Translations under genes and position numbers: made by a program
The notes under the pieces: model-generated
Told to the model about the DNA's origin: nothing
Database searches by the model: none
What the model saw: the letters and a program-made list of their open reading frames with translations, nothing else
Assembly (NCBI RefSeq): GCF_018350175.1
Contig: NC_058369.1
Coordinates: forward strand, 21,702,001-21,766,000
Reading direction: 5' to 3'
From: Felis catus
Taxonomy: Eukaryota
Length of the DNA: 64,000 nt
Shown here: piece after piece, positions 49,042 to 62,069 of the stretch
How the letters are laid out: every line of letters starts with the position of its first letter
Position numbering within the stretch: position 1 is the first letter of the stretch

Positions 49042-50945
49042 GACAGCACCTTCTTTATAAGGTTGTGAAGCTACTGCATGGAAGCCTTCTTGCAGCTTGG
49101 CACCCGGTAAGCACTCAGGGAATCTGAGACTATTGTTCTTATGAGCTCCGTGAATGTTTTACTTCATGCATGCTTGCCTCATAACAAGGCTGTCAGTACA
49201 AGCCCAGACTAGTAGCATCCGGGAAACCTGTAGAAAGGGAGAGGATGTAGTTTCCCTGGGTCGGGAGTGAAGAGCAGTGGATTGTGAGTTGGGAGCGGAT
49301 TCCAGACCTGGCAGCAACGTCCTTCACTGCTGCCCTCGCTAGGGGCTCTGGACATGAGCCAGCTCAACAGCAGGAAAATGAGGGTCTAAGGCTGATATGA
49401 ACGGTGAGTGGGTCTCATGTGGATCAAAGTTATGAAAAAGAAAAATTGAATGTCAAATACCCCCACTCTTGGCACAAATTAAAACCAAGTGATATGAAAG
49501 GCAGTAATTACCACTGTCATGAAATTCTATTGAAAGTTATGGCTGCGGCAGAAAGAACCCCTGCCCCCTCCTGTGTGGGTCTTACACCCCACGCTGAAAT
49601 CTCTCCTCAAGCCTCATGAGCCTCCCCAGCATGTTGCAGAGGCAGAGCTGGAGAACCCCCCCTGCCCCCCACACCGAGGCCCCCAAATGCATCTCCTGCT
49701 GGTAGCATCTGGGCTGCGGGGATAGGCAGGTTGCACTGATGTTTCTCTAGTAGCTATGAAGGTCAGATCCTGCACGGGTGGCTTTTCTAATACATTTCTG
49801 GTCATGACTCCCAGAAGAAAGCCGATTCATCTGTGAGCATTTAGTATGCACTGACTGTTTGTCAGGGCCTCTGCAGGATGGGAGGAAACCGGTGCAAACA
49901 AGGAACAGGCCTCATGGTCTCCTGGGGGAGGCAGGTGTGTGAGCAGACAATTGCAGGAGGATGGGGTGAGGCGCCTGGTGGACTGTGGGTACGGAGAGGG
50001 TGTGCTGGCTTTTCCTGGGAGAGCAGCGGGGACTGAGAAAAGCCTTCTGGAAGAGGAGACATCTAATCTGGAGATCTAAAGAATGAATAGGTCCTTGCAA
50101 CCCCTACCATCTGCTAATTGCTGACGTTCGAAGCAGTGGGTCCCTGTTAGCAAGGGTGGGCTGTAAATTGGCCCCCTTCTCCTGGAAAGCAATTGGTACT
50201 CTTTGGGGAGGCTGAGGACCCAGAGTTTGCACTGCTGGAGAAAGTCTTGGTGGGGACATTGAGAGCCACAGGTGCAGGAATGTTCGTTGCCTCGTTGTTT
50301 GTAAGATACAAAGTTGGAAACAACTGAATGTCCTCAACAGGAGACTAGATCCAGAACTGCAGGTGGATTCCTGCGGCAGAATACTGGTTCCTCTGCTTTC
50401 TCTGTGGGAGAAAGCTGCCGGCCTCAGGGCTTCGACACTGATAAAATCTCAAATCCACAGTTGAGGGCAGATCACATTGCGGAAGGGTAAGTGCAAAGTG
50501 ATGAAATAGTACTGTGTGGAGCTCAGACTGCAGTTCGGTGTGAAGTTCAAGTTCACAGACCAGGGGCGGGAATGTGGGGCCAGGACACTGGCCACCTCTT
50601 GGGGGTGAGAGAGATGCATGGGGTCTGGAGGGTACCTGAAGGGCTCAACTTCCATCTGTAATGTTTTGCCTCTTAAGACAAATCTGAAGCATGTAAGGAA
50701 AACCTTTAGAGGCTCATAGAACTCCATGGAGGGTCTGTAGCTGCTGTTTTAATCTCTGTGACTATCTTTATGTTCAGAATGTATCGTGAGTTTTAAAGGA
50801 GTTTTTTTAAAGAACTGCCAGGCATTCTGTCTCTTGACCTGACTGCTGGTTACACAGGTATCTCTTTTTTTAACGATTTGTTACACTGTGTATCTGTTCT
50901 ATGTGCTTTTCTTTATGGAGGTGACATTTCAGTTTTTAAAAGTTA

Positions 50946-51167
50946 GGGGCTCCTGGGTGGCTCAGTCGGTTGGGCGGCCGACTACAGCTCAGGTCATGAT
51001 CTCGCGGTCTGTGAGTTCAAGCCCCGTGTCAGGCTCTGTCCTGAGAGCTCAGAGCCTGGAGCCTGCTTCGGATTCTGTGTCTCCCTCTCTCTTTGCCCCT
51101 TCCCTGCTTGCTCTCAGTCTGTCTGTCTCTCTCTCAAAAGTAATAAACAATAAAAAAAATTTTTTTT
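50946..51167 (+). mobile_element. CAN-SINE
   Basis: Head, (CT)n, tail. Confidence 0.88.
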
Positions 51168-51900
51168 AAGTTAAAAAGAATGAGCAGGTGAGAGGCTGGG
51201 GGCAGAGAAGCAGCCTCAGGCAGGGGTGAGTGCAGAGGCCTGGGAGCTGGGCAGAGCCCTTTATATACATGTCCCCCAGGGATAAGTGGTCCCCTGAGTG
51301 GCAGTCCTGCTCCCAGCCCTGCCTATCTGTGGTTGGGCCCCCCTCTCCCCACCTGGCACCTCGGGGCTAGGCCTGATTCAGCCCCGAGCCTGCGTGAGGC
51401 TGGCTAGAAATGGAGCTCTCAGGGAGGGACACCAGCTGGAGGTGAGAGGAGGGCTTCAGTGAAGTCTTTCAACCAGTGCCTGCTGGGCATGCGGCCTGAA
51501 GGTGGGGGTTACTAGGAGCTTGGCATTTCTTGGAGGCGGTGGGGGGTGGTGGCAGGAGAGGGCAGAGCCCTGGGGGGAGGTACAGAGGAGCACCTCACGT
51601 GGTTCCACTGGCAGCTGTCTTTAGGAGCTGGGAGGCTTTTTCCTGGGCTTTCAGAAGGTTGGGAAACACACGGCATGTGCAAGGATGATGGCAAAGCTGC
51701 ATTACTCTGGGGGAGAGAAAATAAGCTTCAAGTAGAAAAGGTTGGGTTCTTAAACTCTCTGGTGCTCTCTCTGTACCTGCATGAGATGGGAAGTCAGACC
51801 CAGGCAAGGGGCTTGGACTACACGAGGAAGCAGGGTGCCTGACTTGGGTGGGAGTGCAGAGTGATTGGTCCTACAAGTGATCCTATTAAGAAAACTCTCA

Positions 51901-52112
51901 GGGGTGCTCAATTGGTTGAACTTCCGACTCTGACTTCGGCTCAGGTCATGATCTCATGGTTCGTGGGTTTCAGCTGTGTCGGGCTCTGGGCTGACAGCTC
52001 AGAGCCTGGAGCCTGCTTCAAATTCTGTGTCCCTCTCTCTCTGTCCCTCCCCTGCTTGTACTCGGTCTCTCTGTCTCTGTCTCTCAAAAATAAACATTAT
52101 TATTTTTTTTTA
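51901..52112 (+). mobile_element. CAN-SINE
   Basis: Diverged head, typical body, TSD-like aaactct. Confidence 0.82.
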
Positions 52113-52464
52113 AACTCTAAGGCATATAGGAAAGGATAGAGAAGGATTTTGCCCCAGACTAAGAAATAAAACATTGGAGGTAAAACTGCCCCCTTTGTAC
52201 CTCCCTCCCCAGCACACACCCTTGTCATTTTCTCTATTCTTCCAGAGGGGCCAGAAGCCACTTTTAGTATGTGGAGCATTTCTCTGCACCACAGGCCTAT
52301 AGGCATCCCTGAACATAGTCTAGGGAGTTGTTTTCCCTGTGTTTAAGCTTCATACAAACAGTATCTGTGTCCTGAGGACCCTGCTGCCCCTGGATATCCC
52401 CCGGGCATGCTTTCAAAATTGATTTTTGCTAAGTGTTGCAGCTCACGTGCTGTTCTTTTCTGTT

Positions 52465-52730
52465 TGTGAGAACTTTGAAATTCTCATGCCATACAATTCA
52501 CCCATTTAAAGTGCAAAGTTCAGTGGCTTTCAGTGTGTTCGTGGAGTTGTGGAACTATGGCCACCGTCAATGTGAGGACAGCCTCATCACCTAGAAAGGA
52601 ACCCCACACCCCAATTCTCCCCTATCCAACCCTAGACAACCACTAATTGACTTTCTGACTATAGACTTGCCTTTCAGGACATTTCATATAAATAGAATCA
52701 TGCAATATGTAGTCTTCTGTGACTGGTTAA
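52465..52730 (-). mobile_element. Ancient L1 (L1MB-like) 3' fragment
   Basis: catacaattcacccatttaaagtg...gaatcatgcaatatgtagtcttctgtgactgg pattern. Confidence 0.6.
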
Positions 52731-52953
52731 GGCATTGCTTTCCATGCATGGATGTTCCATCCTACACACAATTTATTTATCTAAATAAAGGATGTAGAAT
52801 CCTGCTTTCAGCCAAGATGGAGTAAAGGGACTGTATTTACCTTCCTGACTGAAAAAAAAAAAAACTAAAAAAAAAAAAAATCAATGAAACAACAGTTCTC
52901 GAGATGCTGGACATCAGGCAATGAAGGGCAGTGCTTCTTGAGAGATGGGGACA

Positions 52954-53166
52954 GGGGTGCCTGGGTGGCTCAGTCGGTCAAGCGTCCGACTTCGGCTCAG
53001 GTCATGATCTCACGGTCTGTGAGTTCGAGCCCCGCGTCGGGCTCTGGGCTGATGGCTCGGAGCCTGGAGCCTGCTTCCGATTCTGTGTCTCCCTCTCTCT
53101 CTGACCCTCCCCCATTCATGCTCTGTCTCTCTCTGTCTCAAAAATAAATAAACATTAAAAAAAAAT
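52954..53166 (+). mobile_element. Young felid SINEC_Fc-type CAN-SINE
   Basis: Near-consensus CpG-rich copy; TSD gagagatggggaca. Confidence 0.92.
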
Positions 53167-53747
53167 ACATCGAGAGATGGGGACAAAGGAGGTGAGCCCT
53201 CTGATTGCCTTGGCTTTACTGCCTGCAGACGGTCTCCAGGCCGAGGACAGGGAGGGAAACACAGGTGGTGCCCAGTGGGCTCCTCAAGTCGAGGAGAAGG
53301 AGCTAGAAGTTCAGGGAAGCCAAGGTGGCTAGAATTCAGTGTAGCCTACTGGAGATGAGAGAGAGAGAAAGCAGGCTGGAGAGATGCCCAGGATCCTCTC
53401 TGAGCACTCAGCTTGAGTGCCCATTGGTACGTATGTGCAAGGAAAAGCCCCAAGGCTGGGGAAAGAGCCCTCTGTGTGGATCAGAGGGAACAATCCTCAG
53501 AACCCACATAGGGGTGGAACAGGATCTGTTCCCAGAAGCCAGACTGCAGAAGCTCATGATTTAGGGGTTACTATATAAAATACCAAGAAAGTACATCCTA
53601 GAAAAAAGCCTGATAATTTTTATGAGAATTCAGAAAATATCCAGTGCTCAGTAAGGTAAAATTCACAATGTCTGATACCCAATCAGAAATAACCAGACAC
53701 GAAAAGAAATAGTAGAAATATCAATCAATTAAAACTGACCCAAAGCC

Positions 53748-54143
53748 GGGGTGCCTCAGTGGCTTAGTTAAGCGTCTGACTCCTGATCTCAGCTCAGGTC
53801 ATGATCTCGCAGTTTGTGAGTTTGAGCCCCATGTCGGGCTTTGTGCTGATGATGTGGACCTTATTTATGATTCTTTTTCTCCCTCTGCACCCCACCCCCG
53901 CTTGCACGATCTCTCTCAAAGTAAGTAAATAAACTTAAAGGACCCAGGGGCACCTGGGCGGGTCAGTTGGTTAAGCGTCTGACTTCAGCTCAGGTCATGA
54001 TCTCACAATTTGTGGGTTTGAGCCCCACATTGGGCTCTGTACTGACAGCTCAGAGCCTAGAGCCTGCTTCGGATTCTGTGTCTGCCTCTCTCCCTGTTCC
54101 CCACTCACACTCTATCTCTCAAAAATAAACATTAAAAAAAAAA
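53748..54143 (+). mobile_element. Two head-to-tail CAN-SINEs (53748-53939; 53947-54143)
   Basis: Two heads and two tails; outer TSD aaaactgaccca. Confidence 0.85.
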
Positions 54144-55218
54144 ACTGACCCAGAACCAACACAATGTTAGAATAATCAAAGACATTAAAGTTATTATAAC
54201 TGTATTCCATGTATTAAAAAAGTTATATAGAAGATGACTAGGCAGGAGCACATAGGGTTTTTAGGACAGTGATATTATTCTGTGTGTTACTATCATGGTG
54301 GACACATGTCATTATACGTTTGTGCAAACCCACAGAAAATATAACCTGAAGAGTGAACCCTAATGTAAACTGTGGATTGGGGGTGATAATGATGTGTCAG
54401 TGTAAGTTCATCAACTGTATCAAATGCACCACTCTGGTGGGGATGTTGATAGGGAGGGAGGCTGTGCATATGTGGAGATGGGGGGGTGTATGGGAAATCT
54501 CTGCACCTCCCACTCAGGTTTGCTAAAAGATTATAGCCCATTAAACAAAAACAAACAAACAAAAAAAAACCCCAGAGATATGGAGGATAGAAAAACCCAA
54601 ATCCTACTTCTAGAGATGAAAAACATGCTGGTTGGGATTAACAGCAGATTAGACATTGCAGATAAAACAATTAGTAAACTTGAAGACACAGGACTAGAAA
54701 GTATCCAAAAATGAAGCCCAGAGGAAAAAAACAAAAAACAAAAAACAAAAAAACAAAGAGCACCACTGAGTTGTGGTACAATTTTAAGCAATCTAATCTG
54801 CACGTAAGGGAAATCTCAGGAGGAGGAGGGGATAATGGTGCAAAAGAAAAAAATACTGGAAGAAATGATGGCAGAAAATTTCCAAATTTGATGAAAATTA
54901 TAAACCCACAGAGCCAAGAAGTTCAATGGACCCCAAACACACTAGGCAGAAGGAAAACTACACCAAAACATGTCACAATGAATTACATAAATAATTGATA
55001 AAAACCAGTGGTAAAAAGATCTTTGAAGTAGCCAGAGGAAAACCTCATGTTACAGAGGAACCAAAAAACACAAGGATTCTCTTTGGAAACCATGTGAGTG
55101 AGGTGACAATGAGGAGAAATCTTTAAAATATCAAAGGCGGGCGGGGGGGGGGGTGGGGGGTGGGGAACCGTGTCAACCTGAAATTCTATGGCCTGCAAGG
55201 GTGTCATAAAGAGTCTTC

Positions 55219-55319
55219 AGGGGTACCTGGTCAGCTCACTCAGTAGAGCATGTGACTCTTGATCCGGGGGTTGTGAGTTCAAGCCCCAAGTTGGGGAGCA
55301 GAATTTACTTAAAAAAAAA
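55219..55319 (+). mobile_element. Short tRNA-derived carnivore SINE (old, lacks CT region)
   Basis: A-box/B-box-like (agtagagc; gagttcaagccc) followed by tttacttaaaaaaaaa. Confidence 0.6.
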
Positions 55320-56067
55320 GTTTTTCAGATAGCCAAAGCCAAAGTAATTAATCTCCAACACGTATAGAAAATGTTAAAGGAAGACTTTCAAGCAGAAGAA
55401 AAAGTATTCCAGACGGAAATATAGATCCACACTGAGGAACAAAGAACACCAGCGACAGTGACTGTGTGGGTGGCTGGCATAGTAATGAAGCTTCGGCGAA
55501 CTGTCATCTGGAGTTGCAAAGGCAGGCAAAGCCATCCCAGAGGTCACATGATTTAACATTCCTTTATAAAAGTAAAAGTCATTCCCGCTATAGGAGTGGA
55601 CACACTCCTGTGTTTCTATGGTGACGAAATGCAGGAAACCTTCGGCAATGTGTCTGCACATGGAACTCTTCCAACCACCATCACAGAGTTTTCTCAGGCT
55701 GATGTACTATTTTGCTACTCTTTTCTTAATTACCCACTTTGTTGGACAGCCATTCATGTGACATCTGCCCTGTGCAAAAGCATTGTCCCTGGCTATGTGG
55801 AGAAAATAAAGACGAACCAAGAAATTACCCAGGTTTTAAGGATTTCACAACTCAGAACACATTGCCTTGATAGAAGGTAATAAATCGAATTCCCTTATGA
55901 AAGGAAGAAATACAGAGAAGAGAGGAAGAGATTTCTCCTAGCCAGAGATCTCAGGAAGGCCATTTTCTAGGGAACCCTCTAAAGCATGAGAATTTAGAAA
56001 TATTGAGTTCAGAAAGCCTGCAACTTATTTGTCATTGGTTGACAACTTATTAAAATATTAAATTTCT

Positions 56068-56640
56068 GGGGCACCTGCGTGGCTCAGTCGGTTAAACATT
56101 CGACTTCAGCTTAGGTCATGATCTCACGATTTGTGAGTTCGAGCCCTATGTTGGGCTCTGTGCTGGCAGCTCAGAGCCTGGAGCCTGCTTCGGATTCTGT
56201 GTCTGTCTCTCTGTCCCTCTCCCCCGTTTCTCTCTCTCTGTCTCAAAAATAAATATTAAAAAAAAAAAAAACAAGAAAGAAAGTGGATTCTGACTGTACT
56301 TAAGAGTCCAGGCATGGAAACCAATTTGACAATAAATTTCATATTAAAAAAAAAAAAAGAAAGAAAATACAGACCTTGCTAAAGCCAAAAACAAAACAAA
56401 ACCAAAACAGAGTCCAGGCAAATCAAGGGTACTTGGTGGCTCAGTTGGTTAAGCATCTGACTTTTGGTTTGGCTCAGGTCATGATCTCATGGTTCATGAG
56501 TTCGAGCCCCATGTTGAGCTGTCAGCACAGAGCCTGGAGCCTGCTTCAGGTTCTGTGTCTCCCTCTTTCTCTGCCCCTCCTCTGTTCACACTCAGGCTCT
56601 CTGTCAGTCTCAAAAATAAATATTAAAAATTTTTTTTAAA
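56068..56640 (+). mobile_element. Compound insertion: CAN-SINE (56068-56271), short L1_Fc-like 3' end (~56316-56358), CAN-SINE (56427-56640)
   Basis: Two SINEs plus ggaaaccaatttgacaataaatttcatatt-poly(A); whole block flanked by aaaatattaaa(g)tttct. Confidence 0.8.
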
Positions 56641-58654
56641 TAGTAAATTTTGGGTTAAAATATTAAAGTTTCTCCTTCTTCTTCATCCTGCCCTCCCCCA
56701 CCTTCTGTTATCCTACTGTGTTTGAGTTGGGAGGAGAGAGAGAGGACGGACATGAGCACAGACAGTGAGGCAGTGGCGTGGGGAAGATAGTTTTTGCCCC
56801 CACCATGTCTAGATTAACTATCTCCAGAGGCTGGTGAGAGGGTGAGTGGCCTTGGAGATCACCACCACACTTCCGGCTTGTGCACAGACTTCCCAAGCGT
56901 GTGGGCGATATGAACAGAGAGTCCGATGATATTTTGGTTTGGGAAGTTTAGGAACCTCTGGAAAGTCTGACTAGTTTGAATTTGATTTAATTTCAGACTC
57001 CAAGTACTCTCTGCCTTTATTTTCTCTTGGTTTAGCAAACCCCTTTTTGAGCCTTGTAGTCTGCATTGTCTTTGCTAAGGAAAGCCACAGGAAGGCATTG
57101 CCTGGGGCCTAGGACCTGGTACTTGCAGAAGGAAATTTCCTATCTCTTCATTAACCAGCTTTGGGAAGTCACAGGCCTGGAGGCCGTGGACTGGGGCTGG
57201 CTCACCTTTGGATTCCTCTTTGCACAGAACCTGGGCAATGGAAAGCATTCAGTAAAACACTGGAGAAAGAAAGAAAGAAGTTCCTCTTCCTGCAAAAGTA
57301 AAATCAGAAGTATTCAAGGCCATATCATTCCACCCCTTCCGCGAGGCCTCCAGTCAAGCTAGATGTTTGCTGTTGCCCAGATAGCCCGTGCCTTCCTCCT
57401 GGAAGGCCCTCACCCACCCCCCATGCACACACAGCCCACTCTGTCAGAATCCAGTCTGTTTCCTGGATGCAACCTCCTCCCAGCAGCCTCTTGTGATTGT
57501 ACCCTCCACCCCCACCAATCTCTCGCTTCTTCCTGTTTTGTCCTCTCTTCCTGGGCCAGACTGACTTGTGTTTTCCCCAGCCCTAAGTGTTTAGGCACCA
57601 GCCCAGGCTGGGGAGGGGTAGGAGGCAGAAGAGGAAGTGGGAGAGAACCGAGAGAAGCTGGAACTGGGCCTGTACTGGGGCCTGGACAGTGAGGGGGAGA
57701 CGGTTTGAGGGGAGGCCGAGTGGAGGGCAGAAGGCCACTCAGGGCCTCGGCCAGTGTCTGGGCTTCATCTGGTGGGAGTCATGGAAAGGGGGCTGTTGAA
57801 CAGGAGAGTATTTGTACAAGGTTCTAGAAGGTTCCTTGGGCTGCCACACTGAGAATGAGCTGAGGGGATGGAAAGAGGTCAAGAGGTGGCTGGAGGCCAT
57901 TGACTGTCACCTGAGCAGGGGGAGGTGATGGAGGTCTGGACTAGGATGAATGGGGCAGGAAGTGGCACATTGGGGGTCATGTAGGCAGTAAAATCAATAG
58001 GACCTGGGGCGTTAGTGGGGAAGAGCCCTGTGCAGTCTCATGGGAGCTGCCTGAAAGCTTCCTCTTTGTGCCAGCATGCATCTTGCAGCTTCGGTGCTGT
58101 TTGACTGCCAGGAGGCACTGCGGCAGCCCGGGGTCTCTGGTCCATGAGTCCGTTCCTCATGGTGGCGGTCCAGTCTCCTCCTCCCAGGATATGCAACCCG
58201 GTCCTCTGCTGACGGCCAGACTGGCTAGTGGCTGAACCTGTGTCCCTGAGATCAGCTAACGTGCGATTCCCCCCCACTCCTACCCTGGTGGACCCCAGCT
58301 TGGCTCCGAATGCTCTCTTGTAGAGAGAAAGCTTCTCATCCGGTTCTGAATTGGGCAGTGGTTCCTTGTCTTTTGAGCACGGAGGAGGAGAGGTGGAAAC
58401 CCCCTGAATTCAGGGTGTGGCACATGGACAGGAAGTTTCTGTTAAAACCCTGGTCAGCTGCCCTCCACCCTCCCCTCCGAGAACATATGTGACGAGCGTT
58501 ACTTACCGAATGCTCAGATCTGAAGTCACCAACAGGAGCATCAAGACGGGCCGTGTGTAACTTGTGTACCAGTAAACTCCCCCTTGGTGAGTGATGGAGA
58601 CTCAGGCAGAAGCAGGAGGCAAGCTGTGAACTTGGTGGATTTGGAGGCTTTTAC

Positions 58655-59010
58655 ATACTGAACTATGTCCCTCCTAAATTCATAGGTTGAAGCCCTAACC
58701 CCAATGTGACTGCATCTGGGGATGGAGCCTCTAAGGAGGCACCTAAAGGTTAAATGAGGTCATGAGCAGGGGGGCCCTGACCCAGTGGGACTGGGGCCCT
58801 TATGAGAAGAGACCCCAGATCGCACGCTGTGTCCACACGTCTGTGGAGAGCAGGCCACATCTACCAGCCAGGACATGGGCTCTCACCAGAAGCTGGCTGG
58901 TACCTCAATCTGGGACCTCCCAGCCTCCAGAACAGTGACAACTTAGTTTCTGTTGTTGAAGCCACCTCGCCTGTGGGATTTTATTATGGTGGCTTGAGCC
59001 GACTAACATA
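58655..59010 (+). mobile_element. MaLR solo LTR (MLT1A/MST-like)
   Basis: aattcataggttgaagccctaacccc...ggttaaatgaggtcat...ccagcctccagaacagtga...ttattatggtggc pattern. Confidence 0.7.
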
Positions 59011-60049
59011 GAGGCTTCTGCAGCTCCTGGGCCCCTCCCTGCCCCTCCCATTGTCCCTCCCAGTTCCCAGAGGGGCTGGGAGCAGGATACTCCCGGTGTC
59101 AGGCCCAGGTCATAGGGGCGGCAGCAGGACCCCCAACCCTGAGGACAGCCCTGGAAAGTTCCCAGCCTTTTCCTGCCTTGCCAGCTGGACCAAAGGCTCG
59201 TTCTTCCCACAGCTGCACCTGGCCTCAAGTATGTCAGCACCAAACGGGTGGAACACAGACCCTGTGTTCCCAACCTGGGCCTCTTTGTGGCATCCACTTC
59301 AGGGGAAACTTTCTTCCTCTTGCACTAGGGGCCATGTCTGGGTGACCCCCTTTCTCTGGAGTGGACAGTGGGAGCAGTATCCCTGCTGGGGGGCCCCACT
59401 GAGCTGCCACCTGGGGCAGGGGAAGGAGCCCTATGGTTGTCCCCTCCTCTTCCCACTTTCTGCACTTACGTACTGTCTGTGATCCATACTTCAAATCCAC
59501 ATATCCCTAACACCCAGATCCCCGAGGGTCAGTGATTTCTGGAACCCTGCCCAGGGCATTTGCCTGGTGTCCCCTTGATGTCTTGTTACCTCTTCCCCTT
59601 CCCAGAGGGGGACAGAGAGAGCATAGGGAAGGCCCAGGTGGGCCATATTCGGGGGGGGGGGGGAAGGTGACTGGAACGTGCCTCCAAAATGCTTTAGTTA
59701 TAAAAGTAATATCCTCCCAAGCCCCAGATCCTGGAGCCCGGTAAGCAGGGATAGACTGTTTGAGGTGGTGGCTTTCCTTGTGAGGGGGACCCAGATCCCT
59801 ACCTCCAACACACCATCTGGGAGGAAATCTTTGGTGGGATTGGGCAGCACAGTTATGACCCCATCTCTGCAGCAAGAGGCATCTGTGTGGCTCTCAGCCC
59901 CTCGGAAGCAGAGGAACTTCATTGAGGGAAGGATCATTTGGCCCCCCCCACCCCCTAACTGCAGGTGACGTATCTCACAGTCCTGCCTCCCCATCCTCCT
60001 CACAGAAAAAAAAAAAAAAAGGGAAAACCCTTGGGTCCTATGAATGAGA

Positions 60050-60390
60050 AAGACATGAACACTGGTAAAATCCGAGTAAGTCTGTGGTCACTTGAGACAT
60101 TGTGAAAGTGTCCATTATCTGGTTTGGTAATGTGCTAATACGTAAGATGCCATCATTGGGAGGAAGCTGGGCGACGGGTCAAGAGACCGCTATACTTTTC
60201 TTTGTAACTTCTTGTGAATCTATAATTCAAAAGAAAAAGGATTTTTAAAATGACAGACCCACAGAATAGGGTAAAATATTTGCAGATCATAAGTCTAATA
60301 AGGGACTTGTATCCTGAATATATACAGACAACTCAAGTATCCATTAACTGATGAGCGGATACATAAAATATGGTATATCCATACAGTGCC
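60050..60390 (+). mobile_element. Ancient L1 fragments
   Basis: L1M-type 3' UTR motif and aaaatatttgcagatcat...aagggacttgtatcc ORF2-end motif. Confidence 0.55.
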
Positions 60391-60993
60391 GCGAAAAACT
60401 AACAGGTGTTGGAAACCAGCCTGGGCTGCAGCAGTTGGAATCCTGTGTGTCCTGAATACTCGTCTGTGGTCACACATAACCCAGTGCCCACTCTACCGGT
60501 AGAGCTGGTGCCCTTGCCTGGGACTCGCTCTGAATTGCAGCTGTCTTCAGCCCCCTGGCACAGTGCTAATGGTACTCCTGCATCCCTTACTGCGTCCTCA
60601 CAGCAGCCTTATTAGGAGGTGCTGCCGTTATTCCCATTTCACAGATGAGGAAACTGAGGCTTGGGGAGATGATCCCCCAGTGGCAGAGTGGAGAGTGGCG
60701 CAGGTGGGAACAGAATACAGGTCTCTTACACCAGAGGGTTTTGGTCTGCGGGGATCTCTGAGGCTGCCGCCTCCCTGCCTGCCCCTTTGTCAGGCTCGCA
60801 AGTTGCAGCCTCCTTTGAGCAGCTTGGGGACTGTAAATGACCCCATACACCCCCCGTAGCCATGTCACGTGCATGACTGTGTGGTGTGAAGAAATGTGAT
60901 CTCCAGCTTCCCCTCTTTGCCAGCTGGGCCGGGAGGGCCTTTCATTGGTACCAGGCAGGAGTCTGTCCTGGCATGGCCAGGTAGCACCAGGCA

Positions 60994-61012
60994 TGGCCAC
61001 GAGATGGCACAC
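60994..61012 (+). promoter_or_regulatory. Second CTCF-like motif (forward), duplicate of 61070-61088
   Basis: TGGCCACGAGATGGCACAC, 76 bp upstream of the other copy. Confidence 0.55.
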
Positions 61013-61069
61013 CCACCTCCAGCTCTGTCTGGATTTCCTCGTGCTTCTAAGGCATCGCGGTACCAGGCA

Positions 61070-61088
61070 TGGCCACCAGGTGGCACAC
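61070..61088 (+). promoter_or_regulatory. CTCF binding motif (forward orientation)
   Basis: TGGCCACCAGGTGGCACAC matches the CCASYAGRKGGCRS core. Confidence 0.7.
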
Positions 61089-62063
61089 CTACCGCAGCTC
61101 TCAGTCTCGGGGCTGCTGCCTGCAGACCTTGGTGGTTTTTGTTCTATGGTTTTGCTGTTTTTATCTTGGATTATACAAAAAGGGGCAATCACACTTGTGT
61201 CAGGACCCAGTGCTGTGGCTGAGAGTTATCCTCCCCCCACCTCCCTTTCCCATGTAGTAAGAGAGGGCTAGACTGCTTCCCACGGTCCCCACATGTGGGC
61301 CTTCTGTAGTGCCTGCTCCCCCCTCGCCCCCCCAGCTGAGCTCAGGCTGGTAGGGGGAGAACTAATCCTCTGGTCACAGGATGAGAGGACCAGCAGTGGG
61401 GCAGGCCTGGCACCCAGGTCTGCGGAGCCCATTAAGCGTGAAAACAGAAGCTCCTGGACCCGCTGTCACATGGAATCCCAGGCTCCAGAGGCAAGGCCTG
61501 GGAACCTGCATCTTCATAAACTCTGCACACGGGATTGAGAACTTCTGGTCTGTGGTGCCGGGTCGCAGCTGGGCCTCCTCGTTTGCCTCACCACCTGCCG
61601 CTCTGATGCCAACCTGAGGGGGTGACCTTCCCCAGGAGAGGGACTGCCCTGTTTCTCTCTGCTTCTCTGAGGCTACTCGTTAAGAGGACCTGAGGAGCTG
61701 GGACAATAAACAAATGCGCCTCCCTACCCAGGGAGACCTCTGACCACAGGGCTGTGAGGAAGGTGAGGCGGCCCTGAGGGGCCCTCCAGACTGGGAGGAG
61801 GCTCCCTCACCTCCACGGAGCCCGCGGGCTGAGGGTGAGGTGAGATTGCGTTGTGGCCTCTGGGCTGGAAGGCAGGCTGCAGTTTAACGTTGTCTGGCGG
61901 TGTCTGGGGGCAGGAGCAGTTCTGGTGGTTGAGGGCAGATGCTGGGCCCAGGGGAGGTGACTGACCAAGACCCAGATGCCTTCCCTCGCCCTCTACCGGC
62001 ACTGGCTGCATGCACATCAAATAAACACTTCAGGGATTATTCATTTTTTTCTCAAAACATAAA

Positions 62064-62069
62064 TTTATT
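62064..62069 (-). terminator. TKT: TKT polyadenylation signal AATAAA (3' UTR only ~100 nt)
   Basis: TTTATT on the + strand ~78 nt past the stop codon. Confidence 0.75.

Larger units (their letters stand above)
52790..55560 (+). mobile_element. Degenerate ancient L1 fragments (5'/ORF1-like and L1MC-like 3' end 54240-54530) with nested SINEs
   Basis: A-rich sense strand; decayed ORF1-like peptide (LEMKN..GINSRLDIA..ISKLED); L1MC-type gagtgaaccctaatgtaaactgtgga motif; no intact ORF. Confidence 0.65.

Noticed and set aside
55219..55300. tRNA-like sequence
   Set aside because: Degenerate stems and an A tail indicate a tRNA-derived SINE rather than a functional tRNA gene.
60946..61110. Repeat-spacer pattern superficially like a CRISPR array
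   Set aside because: Only two clear units, mammalian context, no cas genes; better explained as a duplicated CTCF site.
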